Positions 18,688-28,400 of a stretch of 64,000 bases of DNA are shown in pieces. A model generated the notes under the pieces. That model had not been told where the DNA came from and searched no databases. It saw only the letters and a program-made list of their open reading frames with translations. The position numbers and the translations under genes were made by a program. This stretch comes from Chthoniobacteraceae bacterium (GTDB taxonomy: Bacteria > Verrucomicrobiota > Verrucomicrobiia > Chthoniobacterales > Chthoniobacteraceae): contig JBEBGD010000012.1 of the NCBI GenBank assembly GCA_040081625.1, positions 1-64,000 on the forward strand. Reading direction: 5' to 3'. How positions within the stretch are numbered: the stretch's first letter is position 1; every line of letters begins with the position of its first letter.

Positions 18688-19437
18688 ATGTCCACCTTCT
18701 CCCTCACCGGCCGCGCCGCCCTCGTCACCGGCTCCTCGCAAGGCATCGGCTTCGCCATCGCCGGCGGTCTGCGCGAAGCCGGCGCCCGCGTCGTCTTCCA
18801 CGGCCTGCCCCCGAGCATGGACACCGACGCGCCCTACGTCTCCGCCGACCTCATGCAGCCCGACGGCCCCGCGCGCCTCGCCGCCGCCGCCTTCGCCGCC
18901 GAGCCCCAGCTCGACACCCTCGTGTGCAACGCCGGCAGCTTCTTCGACGTGCCCTTCCTCGAGATGACCCGCGAGCGCTGGGACAAGACCGTGCAGCTCA
19001 ACCTCACCGCGACCTACTTTGTCGCGCAGGAATTCGCGAAGCGCCTCGCCGCGGAGAAGCGCCCCGGCTGCATCGTCATCACCGCCTCCACCAACGGCCT
19101 CCAGGCGGAAGCTGACTCGACGGCCTACGACACGTCGAAGGGCGCGCTGGTCATGCTCATCCGCTCGCTCGCCGTCTCGCTGGCCCCGCACGGCATCCGC
19201 GTGAACGGCATCGCCCCCGGCCTCATCCGCACGCCGCTCAACGAGCAATGGCTCACCGCCCGAAGCAGCGACCTCCCCGCGCACTACGAAAAGAAGATCC
19301 TCCTCGGACGCATAGGCAAGCCCGACGACTGCGCCGGCGCCGTCACCTTCCTATGTTCGGAAGCCGCGAGCTACATCACCGGCGAGATCATCACGATCGA
19401 CGGCGGGCTCACCGTCGTGCAGATCGGCAAACTATGA
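18688..19437 (+). CDS. Short-chain dehydrogenase/reductase (SDR)
   Basis: TGSSQGIG, CNAG, YDTSK, VNGIAPG, YITGEIITIDGG. Confidence 0.93.
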   Translation: MSTFSLTGRAALVTGSSQGIGFAIAGGLREAGARVVFHGLPPSMDTDAPYVSADLMQPDGPARLAAAAFAAEPQLDTLVCNAGSFFDVPFLEMTRERWDKTVQLNLTATYFVAQEFAKRLAAEKRPGCIVITASTNGLQAEADSTAYDTSKGALVMLIRSLAVSLAPHGIRVNGIAPGLIRTPLNEQWLTARSSDLPAHYEKKILLGRIGKPDDCAGAVTFLCSEAASYITGEIITIDGGLTVVQIGKL

Positions 19438-20378
19438 CCACCGTCGCCGTCATCGGAGCCAGCGGGAAGCTGGGTCGGCACGCGCTTCGCGTGCTGGAGC
19501 AGCGCGGCTGCGGGGTGCGGGCGCTGGTGCATCGCACTCCGGTTGCGGATGCGGTGTGCGTGCAGGGCAGCATCGCCGACGCGCGAGCCGTGGATGAAGT
19601 AGTGCGCGGCGCGCAGGTGGTGATGCAGCTCGCGACGGCGAAGGAGGACGCGGCGACGTTCTTCGATGTGAGTGTGCGGGGGACTTTCAACATCCTCGAG
19701 GCGTGCCGGCGGAATGGCGTGAAGCAGTTCATCCTGCTCGGCGGCGATGCGGCATGCGGCATCTGGTTTTACCCGCAGCCCATTCCGATCGATGAGAACC
19801 ACGCACGCGCGGCGTATCCCGGATACTACGCCTTCTCGAAGGTGATGGAGGAGACGATGACCGAGCAATACGGCATCCAATACGGCGTGCCGATCACGGT
19901 GCTGCGCTCGTCGTGGGTGTTCGAGGGCGGCGATCTGCTCAATCACTTCTCGCTGCTGAAGAACGTGAACCCCGCGGAGCCGGGGCATGGCTTCGGCGAG
20001 GTGACAGACGACATCCTCGCGCTGGTGCGCGCCGGACAGGAGCGCATCCCGATCCTCACCGACGCGCGCGGCACGCCGCTGCGGCGCCACATCGTGCATG
20101 TCGATGACGTGATGCAGGCGCTCGACCGGATGCTCGGCAATCCCTCCGCGCTCGGCCAGACCTTCAACATCGCCGCGCCGTCGGCCTTCGATTACCGCGT
20201 CGCCGCCACGTATCTCAGCGCGAAGCTCGGCGTGCCGACGGTCGAGCTGCGCTGCCCGGACTATCACCCGTTCGAGATCAACATCACCCGCGCCCGCACC
20301 GTGCTCGGCTACGCCCCGGAGAATGATTTCTTCCGCATGGCCGACCGCGCGATCGAGGAGAGGCGAGCGCATTCTTGA
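19434..20378 (+). CDS. NAD-dependent epimerase/dehydratase
   Basis: GASGKLG, YAFSK, HIVHVDD, FNIA; ATGA overlap. Confidence 0.88.
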   Translation: MTTVAVIGASGKLGRHALRVLEQRGCGVRALVHRTPVADAVCVQGSIADARAVDEVVRGAQVVMQLATAKEDAATFFDVSVRGTFNILEACRRNGVKQFILLGGDAACGIWFYPQPIPIDENHARAAYPGYYAFSKVMEETMTEQYGIQYGVPITVLRSSWVFEGGDLLNHFSLLKNVNPAEPGHGFGEVTDDILALVRAGQERIPILTDARGTPLRRHIVHVDDVMQALDRMLGNPSALGQTFNIAAPSAFDYRVAATYLSAKLGVPTVELRCPDYHPFEINITRARTVLGYAPENDFFRMADRAIEERRAHS

Positions 20379-20467
20379 ACCACAGAGACACAGAGAACAC
20401 TGAGGGGGAACAGCGGTGGAGCCAGGGCACCAACCAATTTCTCCGTGTCCTCTGTGTCTCTGTGGTT
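20378..20467. repeat. Intergenic inverted repeat of AACCACAGAGACACAGAG type
   Basis: 20378-20404 AACCACAGAGACACAGAGAACACTGAG versus the reverse complement of 20441-20467 AACCACAGAGACACAGAGGACACGGAG (25/27). Confidence 0.85.
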
Positions 20468-20486
20468 TAATCCCCGGTCCGAATTT

Positions 20487-20825
20487 ATGCGCACATTCCA
20501 TCACATCGGCCTGCCGACCGACGAAAGTCATCCCGGAGAATACTACGTCGAGGACACCAAGGTGTGGGTCACCGACCCGCGCAGGCATCCCTACAAGGTC
20601 GAGTATCTGCGCTTCGAGAAGGACAGCCCCGTGACTGGCCCCGTGCGCGACCTGCCGCACGTCGCTTATCGTGTGGACGACATCGACGCGGCGCTGCGCG
20701 GGGAGAACGTGCTGATCGAGCCCTTCAACCCATCGCCGGGTTTCACCGTCGCCTTCGTGATGAAGGACGGCGCGGTGATCGAGTTCATGAAGTTCGCGCA
20801 GGACAGCGATCTACCGTGGAAGTAA
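20487..20825 (+). CDS. VOC/glyoxalase-like small protein
   Basis: FHHIG, VEYL, HVAYRVDDIDAAL, VIEFM metal-ligand pattern. Confidence 0.8.
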   Translation: MRTFHHIGLPTDESHPGEYYVEDTKVWVTDPRRHPYKVEYLRFEKDSPVTGPVRDLPHVAYRVDDIDAALRGENVLIEPFNPSPGFTVAFVMKDGAVIEFMKFAQDSDLPWK

Positions 20826-20829
20826 GCCG

Positions 20830-21675
20830 GTGAAGGCTTCCCTGCGCATCGCGGCGGTGCAGATGAAGTTCCGCCCGACCATCGCGGGGAATGCGGAGCA
20901 CATCGTCGAGCGGGTCCACACCGCGGACGCGGACGTGGTGCTCTTTCCCGAATGCGCGCTCACGGGATACCGGCGGGAGTTCGTGGGGCTCGACGCCAAG
21001 GGCGTCGCCGCGGGCATCGCGGCGGTGGCGCAGGCTGCGAAGGACGCGCGCCGCAATGTGCTGCTCGGCACACCGACGCGCGCACGCGGCAAGTGGTTCA
21101 ACTCGCTGCTCGTCTTCGACCGGCGCGGGCGCGAGGTCTTCCGCTACTCGAAGATCCACCTCACCGAATCGGACGCGCGTTTTTTCACGCCGGGCAATAC
21201 GCTGGCGCTCTTCCGGCTCGATGGCGTGCCCGCGACGGCGATCATCTGCCACGAGCGGCGCTACCCGGAGCTGGTGCGGTTGCCGGTGATGATGGGCGCG
21301 CAGATCGTCTTTCACCCGAACGCCGGCCTCGACACGCTGGCCGTCTCGCGGAGCAAACGCGCCGGGCGCGACGGCATCGCAGTGAGAGCGTTCGAGAACC
21401 AGATCTTCTACGTCTTCGCGAACTCCGTCGGGCCGCAGGGTGGCGGGCTGTGGTCGGCGGGCGACTCGAAGATCGTCGCGCCGGACGGGCGCGTGCTCGC
21501 ACTTGCGGATCACCGGGAGGAGACGGTGCTGCGCGCCGAGTTGTCGCTCGCCGAGGCGGGCCGGCGCTTCGCACGCGAGGCGCTGAGGGAGCCGGCCTTC
21601 CTGCGCGGCGCGTGGAAACAAATGCTCGCCGCGTGTCGCAGGCAGATGCGAAACCAGTCTTCTACCACATCATGA
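20830..21675 (+). CDS. Carbon-nitrogen hydrolase (nitrilase superfamily)
   Basis: E-K-C triad: FPECALTGY, YSKIHL, ICHERRYPE. Confidence 0.92.
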   Translation: MKASLRIAAVQMKFRPTIAGNAEHIVERVHTADADVVLFPECALTGYRREFVGLDAKGVAAGIAAVAQAAKDARRNVLLGTPTRARGKWFNSLLVFDRRGREVFRYSKIHLTESDARFFTPGNTLALFRLDGVPATAIICHERRYPELVRLPVMMGAQIVFHPNAGLDTLAVSRSKRAGRDGIAVRAFENQIFYVFANSVGPQGGGLWSAGDSKIVAPDGRVLALADHREETVLRAELSLAEAGRRFAREALREPAFLRGAWKQMLAACRRQMRNQSSTTS

Positions 21676-22448
21676 GCAGCTCTCTCCAAGACAAAGTCAT
21701 CCTCGTAACTGGCGGCACGTCGGGCATCGGCGAAGGTTGCGCGCGGCACTTCGCGTCGCTCGGCGCGCGGGTGGTGATGGCGTCGAACCAGCAGGAGCGT
21801 GGCGAGGCGCTGGAGGTGGAGTTGCGCGGCGCCGGCCACGAGGTGCGCTTCGTCTTCAGCGATGTGTCGCGCGAGGAGAGTGTGCGGGCTATGGTCGAGG
21901 CTGCGGTGCGGCATTACGGGCGGATCGACGGCGTCCATTGCAACGCGGGCGTGTGGGCGAAGGGCAAGGCGACCGACTTCGACGAGGCCGTGTGGGAAAA
22001 GGTAATGAGCGTGAATGTGAAGAGCGTCTTTTGGACGGCGAAGCATGTCGTGCCGGTGATGGAGGCGCAGGGCAGGGGAGTGATCCTCATCACCACGTCG
22101 GTCGCCGCGCACATCGGCTTCCCGGCGCACGCGCTCTACTGCGCGTCGAAGGCGGCGCTCGAGGCGATGATCCGCTGCTTCGCGGTGGATCACGCGGGCA
22201 AGGTGCGCGTCGTCGGCATCAGCCCCGGCACGATCGACACACCGATGCTCGCGGCGACGTGCGAAGGCTGGGACAAGCCGGTCGCGGAGCTTTACGCGGA
22301 AGTCGCGCGCCGCATCCCCGTGCGCCGTCTCGGCCAGCCGCTCGACATCGCGCACACCGCGGCCTTCCTGCTCAGCGACGAAGCCGAATACATCAACGCC
22401 ACGACCATCGTCCTCGACGGCGGCACGATGGCGCTGCCGCCGTGGTGA
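21672..22448 (+). CDS. SDR oxidoreductase
   Basis: TGGTSGIG, CNAG, YCASK, ISPGTIDTPM; ATGA overlap. Confidence 0.93.
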   Translation: MSSSLQDKVILVTGGTSGIGEGCARHFASLGARVVMASNQQERGEALEVELRGAGHEVRFVFSDVSREESVRAMVEAAVRHYGRIDGVHCNAGVWAKGKATDFDEAVWEKVMSVNVKSVFWTAKHVVPVMEAQGRGVILITTSVAAHIGFPAHALYCASKAALEAMIRCFAVDHAGKVRVVGISPGTIDTPMLAATCEGWDKPVAELYAEVARRIPVRRLGQPLDIAHTAAFLLSDEAEYINATTIVLDGGTMALPPW

Positions 22449-23533
22449 AGACGGACGTGCGGAAGTTTGAGAACATCCACCAGCTCGGCGGCATCCGCAC
22501 GGGCACGCTTGACCCGCACGGCGCGCGCGTGGCGTTCGTCGATACGGGCGCGGGGCTGCGCTTCACCGTCGCGCTCGATCGCGGCGGCGACATCGTGGAC
22601 GCGAGCTACAACCAGTTCGGCCTCGCCTACCTCACGCCGAATGGGCTGCTCCCGCCGAGCGCGGCCTACTCGGTCGGTAATGAGTGGATCGCGGGCTGGG
22701 CGGGCGGGCTGGTGACGACTTGCGGTCCGCAATTCATCGGCGGTGCGCGGGTGGAAGACGGCGCGCAGACTTCGCTTCACGGCACCTACTCGCAGCAGAC
22801 CGCGACGGTCGAGACGCTGCGCAATCCCGATTCGAATCGCGACCGCTTCGACATGGAGATCGGTCTCGTCGTCCGCGACGCACGCGTCTTCGGCCCGAGC
22901 TATGAGATCCGCCGCACGATCCGCTGCGTGCTCGGTGAGCCGGCGATCGTCATCGAGGACGAGGTGACCAATCGCGGCGACACGCGCGTGCCGCATCACT
23001 GGCTCTATCATTGCAACCTCGGCTATCCGCTGCTCGATCGCGGCGCTCGCTTCATCTATCGGGGACCGGCGGAATACTGGGTGATGCCGCCGCCGCCGGG
23101 CGAAGACATCGTGCAGCCGCTCGGCGCCGCCGCGATGAACCGCCTCAAGCGCGTGCCCGATCCGCTGCCCGAGCACGCGGGGAGCGCGGAGCGAGGACTC
23201 ATCGTCGAGCCACCGGCGGATCGCGCCGGGCTCGCGCACATCGGCATCATCAACCCCGCGCTCAAGCTCGGCCTCGAAATCAGCTACCCGGCGAAGGCAC
23301 TCCCGCGCTTCGCAAACTGGCATCACTTCGGCCCGCGCGGCTGCTACGCGTCCGCGCTCGAACCTTTCTCCGGCTCGCTGCTTGGCTCCGCGCGCGACAA
23401 GCATCCGCGCGCGCGACAGTTCCTCGAGCCGGGAGAAAGCCGGCGGTATCGGCTGCAGCTCCGCGTGCTCAGCGGCGCGAAACAGCTCAAGGAACTCGCC
23501 GCGCACGACGGCCCTATGGCGCCCGCGCGTTAG
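22445..23533 (+). CDS. Aldose 1-epimerase-like protein (DUF4432 type)
   Basis: DRGGDI, GGLVTTCG, LHG, LYHCNLGYPL, ALEP; GTGA overlap. Confidence 0.85.
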   Translation: MKTDVRKFENIHQLGGIRTGTLDPHGARVAFVDTGAGLRFTVALDRGGDIVDASYNQFGLAYLTPNGLLPPSAAYSVGNEWIAGWAGGLVTTCGPQFIGGARVEDGAQTSLHGTYSQQTATVETLRNPDSNRDRFDMEIGLVVRDARVFGPSYEIRRTIRCVLGEPAIVIEDEVTNRGDTRVPHHWLYHCNLGYPLLDRGARFIYRGPAEYWVMPPPPGEDIVQPLGAAAMNRLKRVPDPLPEHAGSAERGLIVEPPADRAGLAHIGIINPALKLGLEISYPAKALPRFANWHHFGPRGCYASALEPFSGSLLGSARDKHPRARQFLEPGESRRYRLQLRVLSGAKQLKELAAHDGPMAPAR

Positions 23534-23582
23534 TAAACTCATCCTTGCTTCAGCGCGCGCGCTCGTGGTTCATCCGCGCCGC

Positions 23583-25124
23583 ATGAAGCTCATCCCCGCT
23601 CTCCTCGCCCTCGTCGTCGCGCCCACGCTGCGCGCGGAACTCAAGCTGCCCGCGATCTTCAGCGACCACATGGTCCTGCAGCAAAAGCAGACGAACCCCG
23701 TGTGGGGATGGGACGCGCCCGGCACGAAAATCACAGTCACCTTCGCCGGACAGACGAAGAGCGCGGAGGCCGGTGCTGATGGTGCGTGGCGGGTGAAGCT
23801 CGACCCGGTGCCCGCGAATGCGCAGCCGCAGAAGATCACGATCGCCGGCACGCAGACGCGCGAGATCGCCGATGTGCTGGTGGGCGAAGTTTGGATGTGC
23901 TCGGGACAATCGAACATGGGAATGACGCTGAGCGGCGACTGGAACGGCGACCTCGAAGCTGCCGCGTCGAAGCTGCCGAACCTGCGCCTGATCAAGGTGC
24001 CGAATGTCGGCACGCAGGAGCTGAAGACGGACTTCAACGGGCAGTGGCGCGCGTCGGATGCGGAGAGCGCGCTGAGTTTCAGCGCGGTGGGATTCCTGTT
24101 CGGTCGCTATCTTCACCAGATCCTCGGCGTGCCCGTGGGACTCATCGACAATGCGTGGGGTGGCTCGTCGGCGGAAGCGTGGGTGCGGCGGGAGACGATC
24201 GAGAAGGATCCGCGATTCAAGACGCTGGTCGATGGAACGAAGCGGCGTGAAACGCAGCTCCAGTCGGACGCCGCGAAGGTGGACTACGAGAAGGCACTCG
24301 CGAAGTGGAAGACGGACTCCGAGAAGCTGAAGGCGGAGGGCAAGCCGGCGCCGCGGCAGCCGCAGTCGCCCGCGCAATGGCTCGCGGGCAATGCGCGCCC
24401 CGGCAATATCTTCGCCGGCGTGATGAACCCGACGCTCGGCTACGGCATCAAGGGCGTCGTGTGGTATCAGGGCGAGGCGAATGCCGGTCGCGCCCATGAA
24501 TATGCGACGCTCTTCCCGTTCATGATCGAGCAGTGGCGCAAGGAATGGAAGCAGGGCGACTTCCCGTTCTACTGGGTGCAGCTCGCCGACTTCATGGCCG
24601 AGCAGCCGAAGCCCGGCGAGAGCGCGTGGGCCGAGCTGCGCGAGTCGCAGACGAAGACGATGAAGCTGCCGAACAGCGGCCAGGCGGTGATCATCGACCT
24701 CGGCGAGGGACGGGACATCCATCCGAAGAACAAGCACGACGTGGCCGCGCGGCTGGTGCGTTGGGCGCTCGCGAAGGACTATGGCCTGCCGTTCCCGTAT
24801 CGCAGCCCGGAGTTCAAGAGCCTCGAGATCAAGGGCGCGAAGGCGATCGTCACGCTCGACCTGTTCGGCGGGCAGTTGCGCCCGTTCGACGTGCTAGAGG
24901 CGCGCGGCTTCGCCGTGTGCGGCGAGGACATGGCGTGGCATTGGGCGCAGGGCAAAATCACCGGTGCCGACAAGATCGAGGTGACGTGTGCCGAAGTCCC
25001 AAAGCCGGTCGCCGTGCGCTACGCGTGGGCCGACAACCCGATCGCCAACCTAGCCACGATGCAGGGCCTCCCGCTCACGCCGTTTCGCACCGACGATTTC
25101 GAGATGACCACCAAACCGAAGTAG
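23583..25124 (+). CDS. Sialate O-acetylesterase-family SGNH esterase, secreted
   Basis: Signal peptide, FSDHMVLQ, CSGQSNM, WYQGEAN, DIHPKNK, VRYAW, PFRTD. Confidence 0.93.
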   Translation: MKLIPALLALVVAPTLRAELKLPAIFSDHMVLQQKQTNPVWGWDAPGTKITVTFAGQTKSAEAGADGAWRVKLDPVPANAQPQKITIAGTQTREIADVLVGEVWMCSGQSNMGMTLSGDWNGDLEAAASKLPNLRLIKVPNVGTQELKTDFNGQWRASDAESALSFSAVGFLFGRYLHQILGVPVGLIDNAWGGSSAEAWVRRETIEKDPRFKTLVDGTKRRETQLQSDAAKVDYEKALAKWKTDSEKLKAEGKPAPRQPQSPAQWLAGNARPGNIFAGVMNPTLGYGIKGVVWYQGEANAGRAHEYATLFPFMIEQWRKEWKQGDFPFYWVQLADFMAEQPKPGESAWAELRESQTKTMKLPNSGQAVIIDLGEGRDIHPKNKHDVAARLVRWALAKDYGLPFPYRSPEFKSLEIKGAKAIVTLDLFGGQLRPFDVLEARGFAVCGEDMAWHWAQGKITGADKIEVTCAEVPKPVAVRYAWADNPIANLATMQGLPLTPFRTDDFEMTTKPK

Positions 25125-25427
25125 CCGGCTGCGGGCTCCAACGGAGGGGATCGCGGCGGGGCGAAGTGGCAGACGGGACCTTCTCCCTTGCGTCCGCGCG
25201 TTCGCATCGGTGAAACGAGAAAGGTTGGATTGAGCGTGGCTGTGGCGGCGGGCTACGCGTTGCTTTCCCTGTAGATCGAGAAAGTTATGGTGATTATGTG
25301 GCGGTGGCAATTGTCCTGCTTGGAGAAGCAGGTGTTCGGCGGAGGTTTCCCTATGGCGCGTGCGCAGCGGGGGAATCTTTGTCCTGACATCAAGTCAACT
25401 CAACAGATTCCCAAATCACCTAAGGCT

Positions 25428-28400
25428 ATGAAAACCATCCGTCCACTGCGGTCCCTGAACGCGCACCTGTCCCACGCTTGCCCTGCGAGCAAACCTTCGG
25501 CTTATCGAGCCGACCTAGCCTCACCCCGAGAACGCCCCCGACTGCCCGACTCCGCACCGCGGAGCCGCGCATGGACCGGGTTGCTGCAATCGGGTCTCCA
25601 ATGTCTGATCGCCGGCGTCAGCGCGATCGTTGCGTTGATTCCTAGCACGAGCGCGGCGCAGACCGTGCCCGGCGGCTATTCGATCAGCACCTACAAGAGC
25701 GGCCTCTCGACCACGCCCTACACGATCGCGATGGACCCGGCGAGTCGGGACATCTTCTTCGTGGGAAGCGGCCAGTCCGTGTATCGGATTCCGGCAGGCG
25801 CCGGCGCGGAACAGAACCTGGGAGCTTACGGGATTATCAATGCTTACATCGCCGGCGATCTGTCGTTCAGCGACGGTCAGCTCTACCTGAGCTGCTTTTC
25901 GACCCAGAAGATCGCGGCGTCCGGTGGCTCGCCGGTCACCGTTGCGACGTTGCCGAGCGGATTCGGATATGAGTCGGGCGGAGCAGTCGTAAACGGCGCG
26001 CTCTACGTCACGGCGGGTGCCAGCACCTCTGGAAACGTCCTGGCGCGGGTGGATCTCGCGACGTCCGAAGTGACGACGCTCGGCGGCGTCCCGATGAACC
26101 TCTCCTCGCTTGAATACAATGCGCGGGATGGCTATCTGTATGGCGTGCAACTTGTGGGTTATGGCAGCGCTACGTTCTACAGGATCAATCCTGCGAACGG
26201 GGCCGCGACCGCATTGCCGGCGCCCGGCACGGGCACTTTTAACTACTCAACCAATCCCACGGGCAGCGGCGACGGCGATCTCACGCTCGACCCCACGGGG
26301 CAGTATATCTTCTTCCGGAAGACGACGGCCATCTATCGCTATGAAATCGCGAGTGGTGCGACGACCGCGTTCGCGACCGGGCTGTCAAATGCGGTTTATG
26401 CTGACGATCTGACCTTCGGCCCGTCATCGGACGGCACTGGACTGATGAGTCTCTACGCGGTGGAAGGCAGCGGAATCGTGGAGATCGCGGGCTTCGGGGG
26501 CGCGCCTACCATTACGGCTGGTTCCGCGACTGGGGTGACCATTAGTGCGGCGACGCTCAGTGGCACAGTCAACCCGAACGCGCTTGCGACGACGGCGCAG
26601 TTTGAATACGGCGTGACGACCAGCTATTCGGGCACGGGGAGCGTCACGGTTGCGCCGAATAACGGGACCAGCGAGCAGGCAGTGAGTGTGGCACTTTCCG
26701 GCTTGAACCCTCACACACTTTATCACTATCGACTTGTCGCGAGCAATGCGGCTGGCGATCCGGCTACTGCGGACGGGACATTCACGACGGCGAACTCGCT
26801 GCCGCTGGCTGCCAACGATACGTTTGAAACGCCGGAGCCGGGAGCGTTTGAGGCGGATGTGCTGGCTAACGATGGTGGCGATCCTGATGGCGATACAGTG
26901 ACGGTGGAATCGGTGAGCAATGCGATCGGTGGCACGGCAGCGCCTAGCAGCGCCGGCACGCGCGTCCTCTTCACCCCGGGTGTGGGATTCGATGGCAACG
27001 GTAGTTTTGACTACACGGTGACCGACGGCTTTGGCGGGACGGCCACGGCGCACGTGACGTTGACGGATACGACTGCTCCGGTGGTGGTATTGCCGGCCGG
27101 CCTTTCGGGCGGCACAGGCACAGGCGAAGCCGGCGATGGTGGTGGTGGAAATATGACCGCTGAGGCGCAGAGCGCCGCTGGTGCGGTGGTGGACTTCGAC
27201 GTGACCGCGGGCGACAACGTGCTGGTGGTCTCGGTGGTGAACGCGCCTGCAAGTGGGAGCACCTTCCCGCTCGGCACGACGATCGTGACTTCGACGGCGA
27301 CGGATGCGGCAGGCAATGTGGGCATGAGCAGTTTCACGGTGACGGTGTCGGACACGACGGCGCCCGTAGTCAGCACCGCTGGCAATATCGTCGCGGAGGC
27401 GACGAGCGCGGCGGGAGCGACGGTGATATTCAGCCCGACAGCCGGGGACGCCGTCGGTGTGACCTCGCTGACCACCAACTACGCGAGCGGGAGCACCTTC
27501 CCGATCGGAGCGAGGGCAGTGACGGTTACCGCCGGGGATGCGGCCGGAAACTCCGGCGGCGCTAGCTTCACGGTGACGGTGCAGGATACGACGGCACCAA
27601 GCTTCACTGCGGTGCCAGGGACGCAGACGGTGCGCTCGAATGTGGCGGGCCTCGCGCCGGTGCCGAATCTGGCATCGCAGGCTGCGGCCACGGATGCGGT
27701 CCGAGTCACCAGCTTCACGCAGTCGCCTTCAGCGGGTTCGACGGTGGGACTCGGCACGCACACGATCACGATCACCGCGAGGGATGCGGCGGGCCACATC
27801 AGCACGGCGGCGGTGTTGCTCAACGTGCTTCAGGGCAATCGGCCACCGGCCGCGGCTGCGGACTCGGAGTTCGCGGCAAGGGCGAGCGTGCTCATCGATG
27901 TGCTCGCAAATGATAGCGACATCGAGGGTGATGCGTTCACGCTTGCGTCGGTCTCGCAACCGGTCAGTGGGGGCGTGGCGAGGATCGAAGCGGGCAAGGT
28001 GCGCTTCACGCCGAGTGCAACGGTCAGCGCGCCGATTACGTTCACTTACACGGTGAGCGATGGCATGGACAGCGGCACGGGGACGGTGACGATCAAGCCA
28101 GTGAGCAATCTGAGCGGCAACTATGTGGGCCTGCTCAGCGACGGTAGCACGGCGCTGGGGCGCGTGCGGCTGGCGGTGAGTGTCAGTGGTGCGGTGAGCG
28201 GCAATGTCCAGCGCGATGGTGGCACGCTGAGTTTCAAAGGCAGCGTGATCGGTGGCGGCCTGATCAGCGTCTTCACCGGCGCCAAGACGCCGCGGATCCC
28301 GCTTACGGTGACGGTGGGCGAGAATGACGCCTCGGGCCGCTCGATGCTCGTCGTCTCGGTTCCGGCACCGGTCACGGGCACGCTTACGGGATTGCTCGAG

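Noticed and set aside
25125..25427. Possible riboswitch upstream of the HYR protein (GGGAATCT...AGATTCCC stem at about 25371-25412)
   Set aside because: Only one stem and no recognisable aptamer consensus; an Rfam search would be needed.
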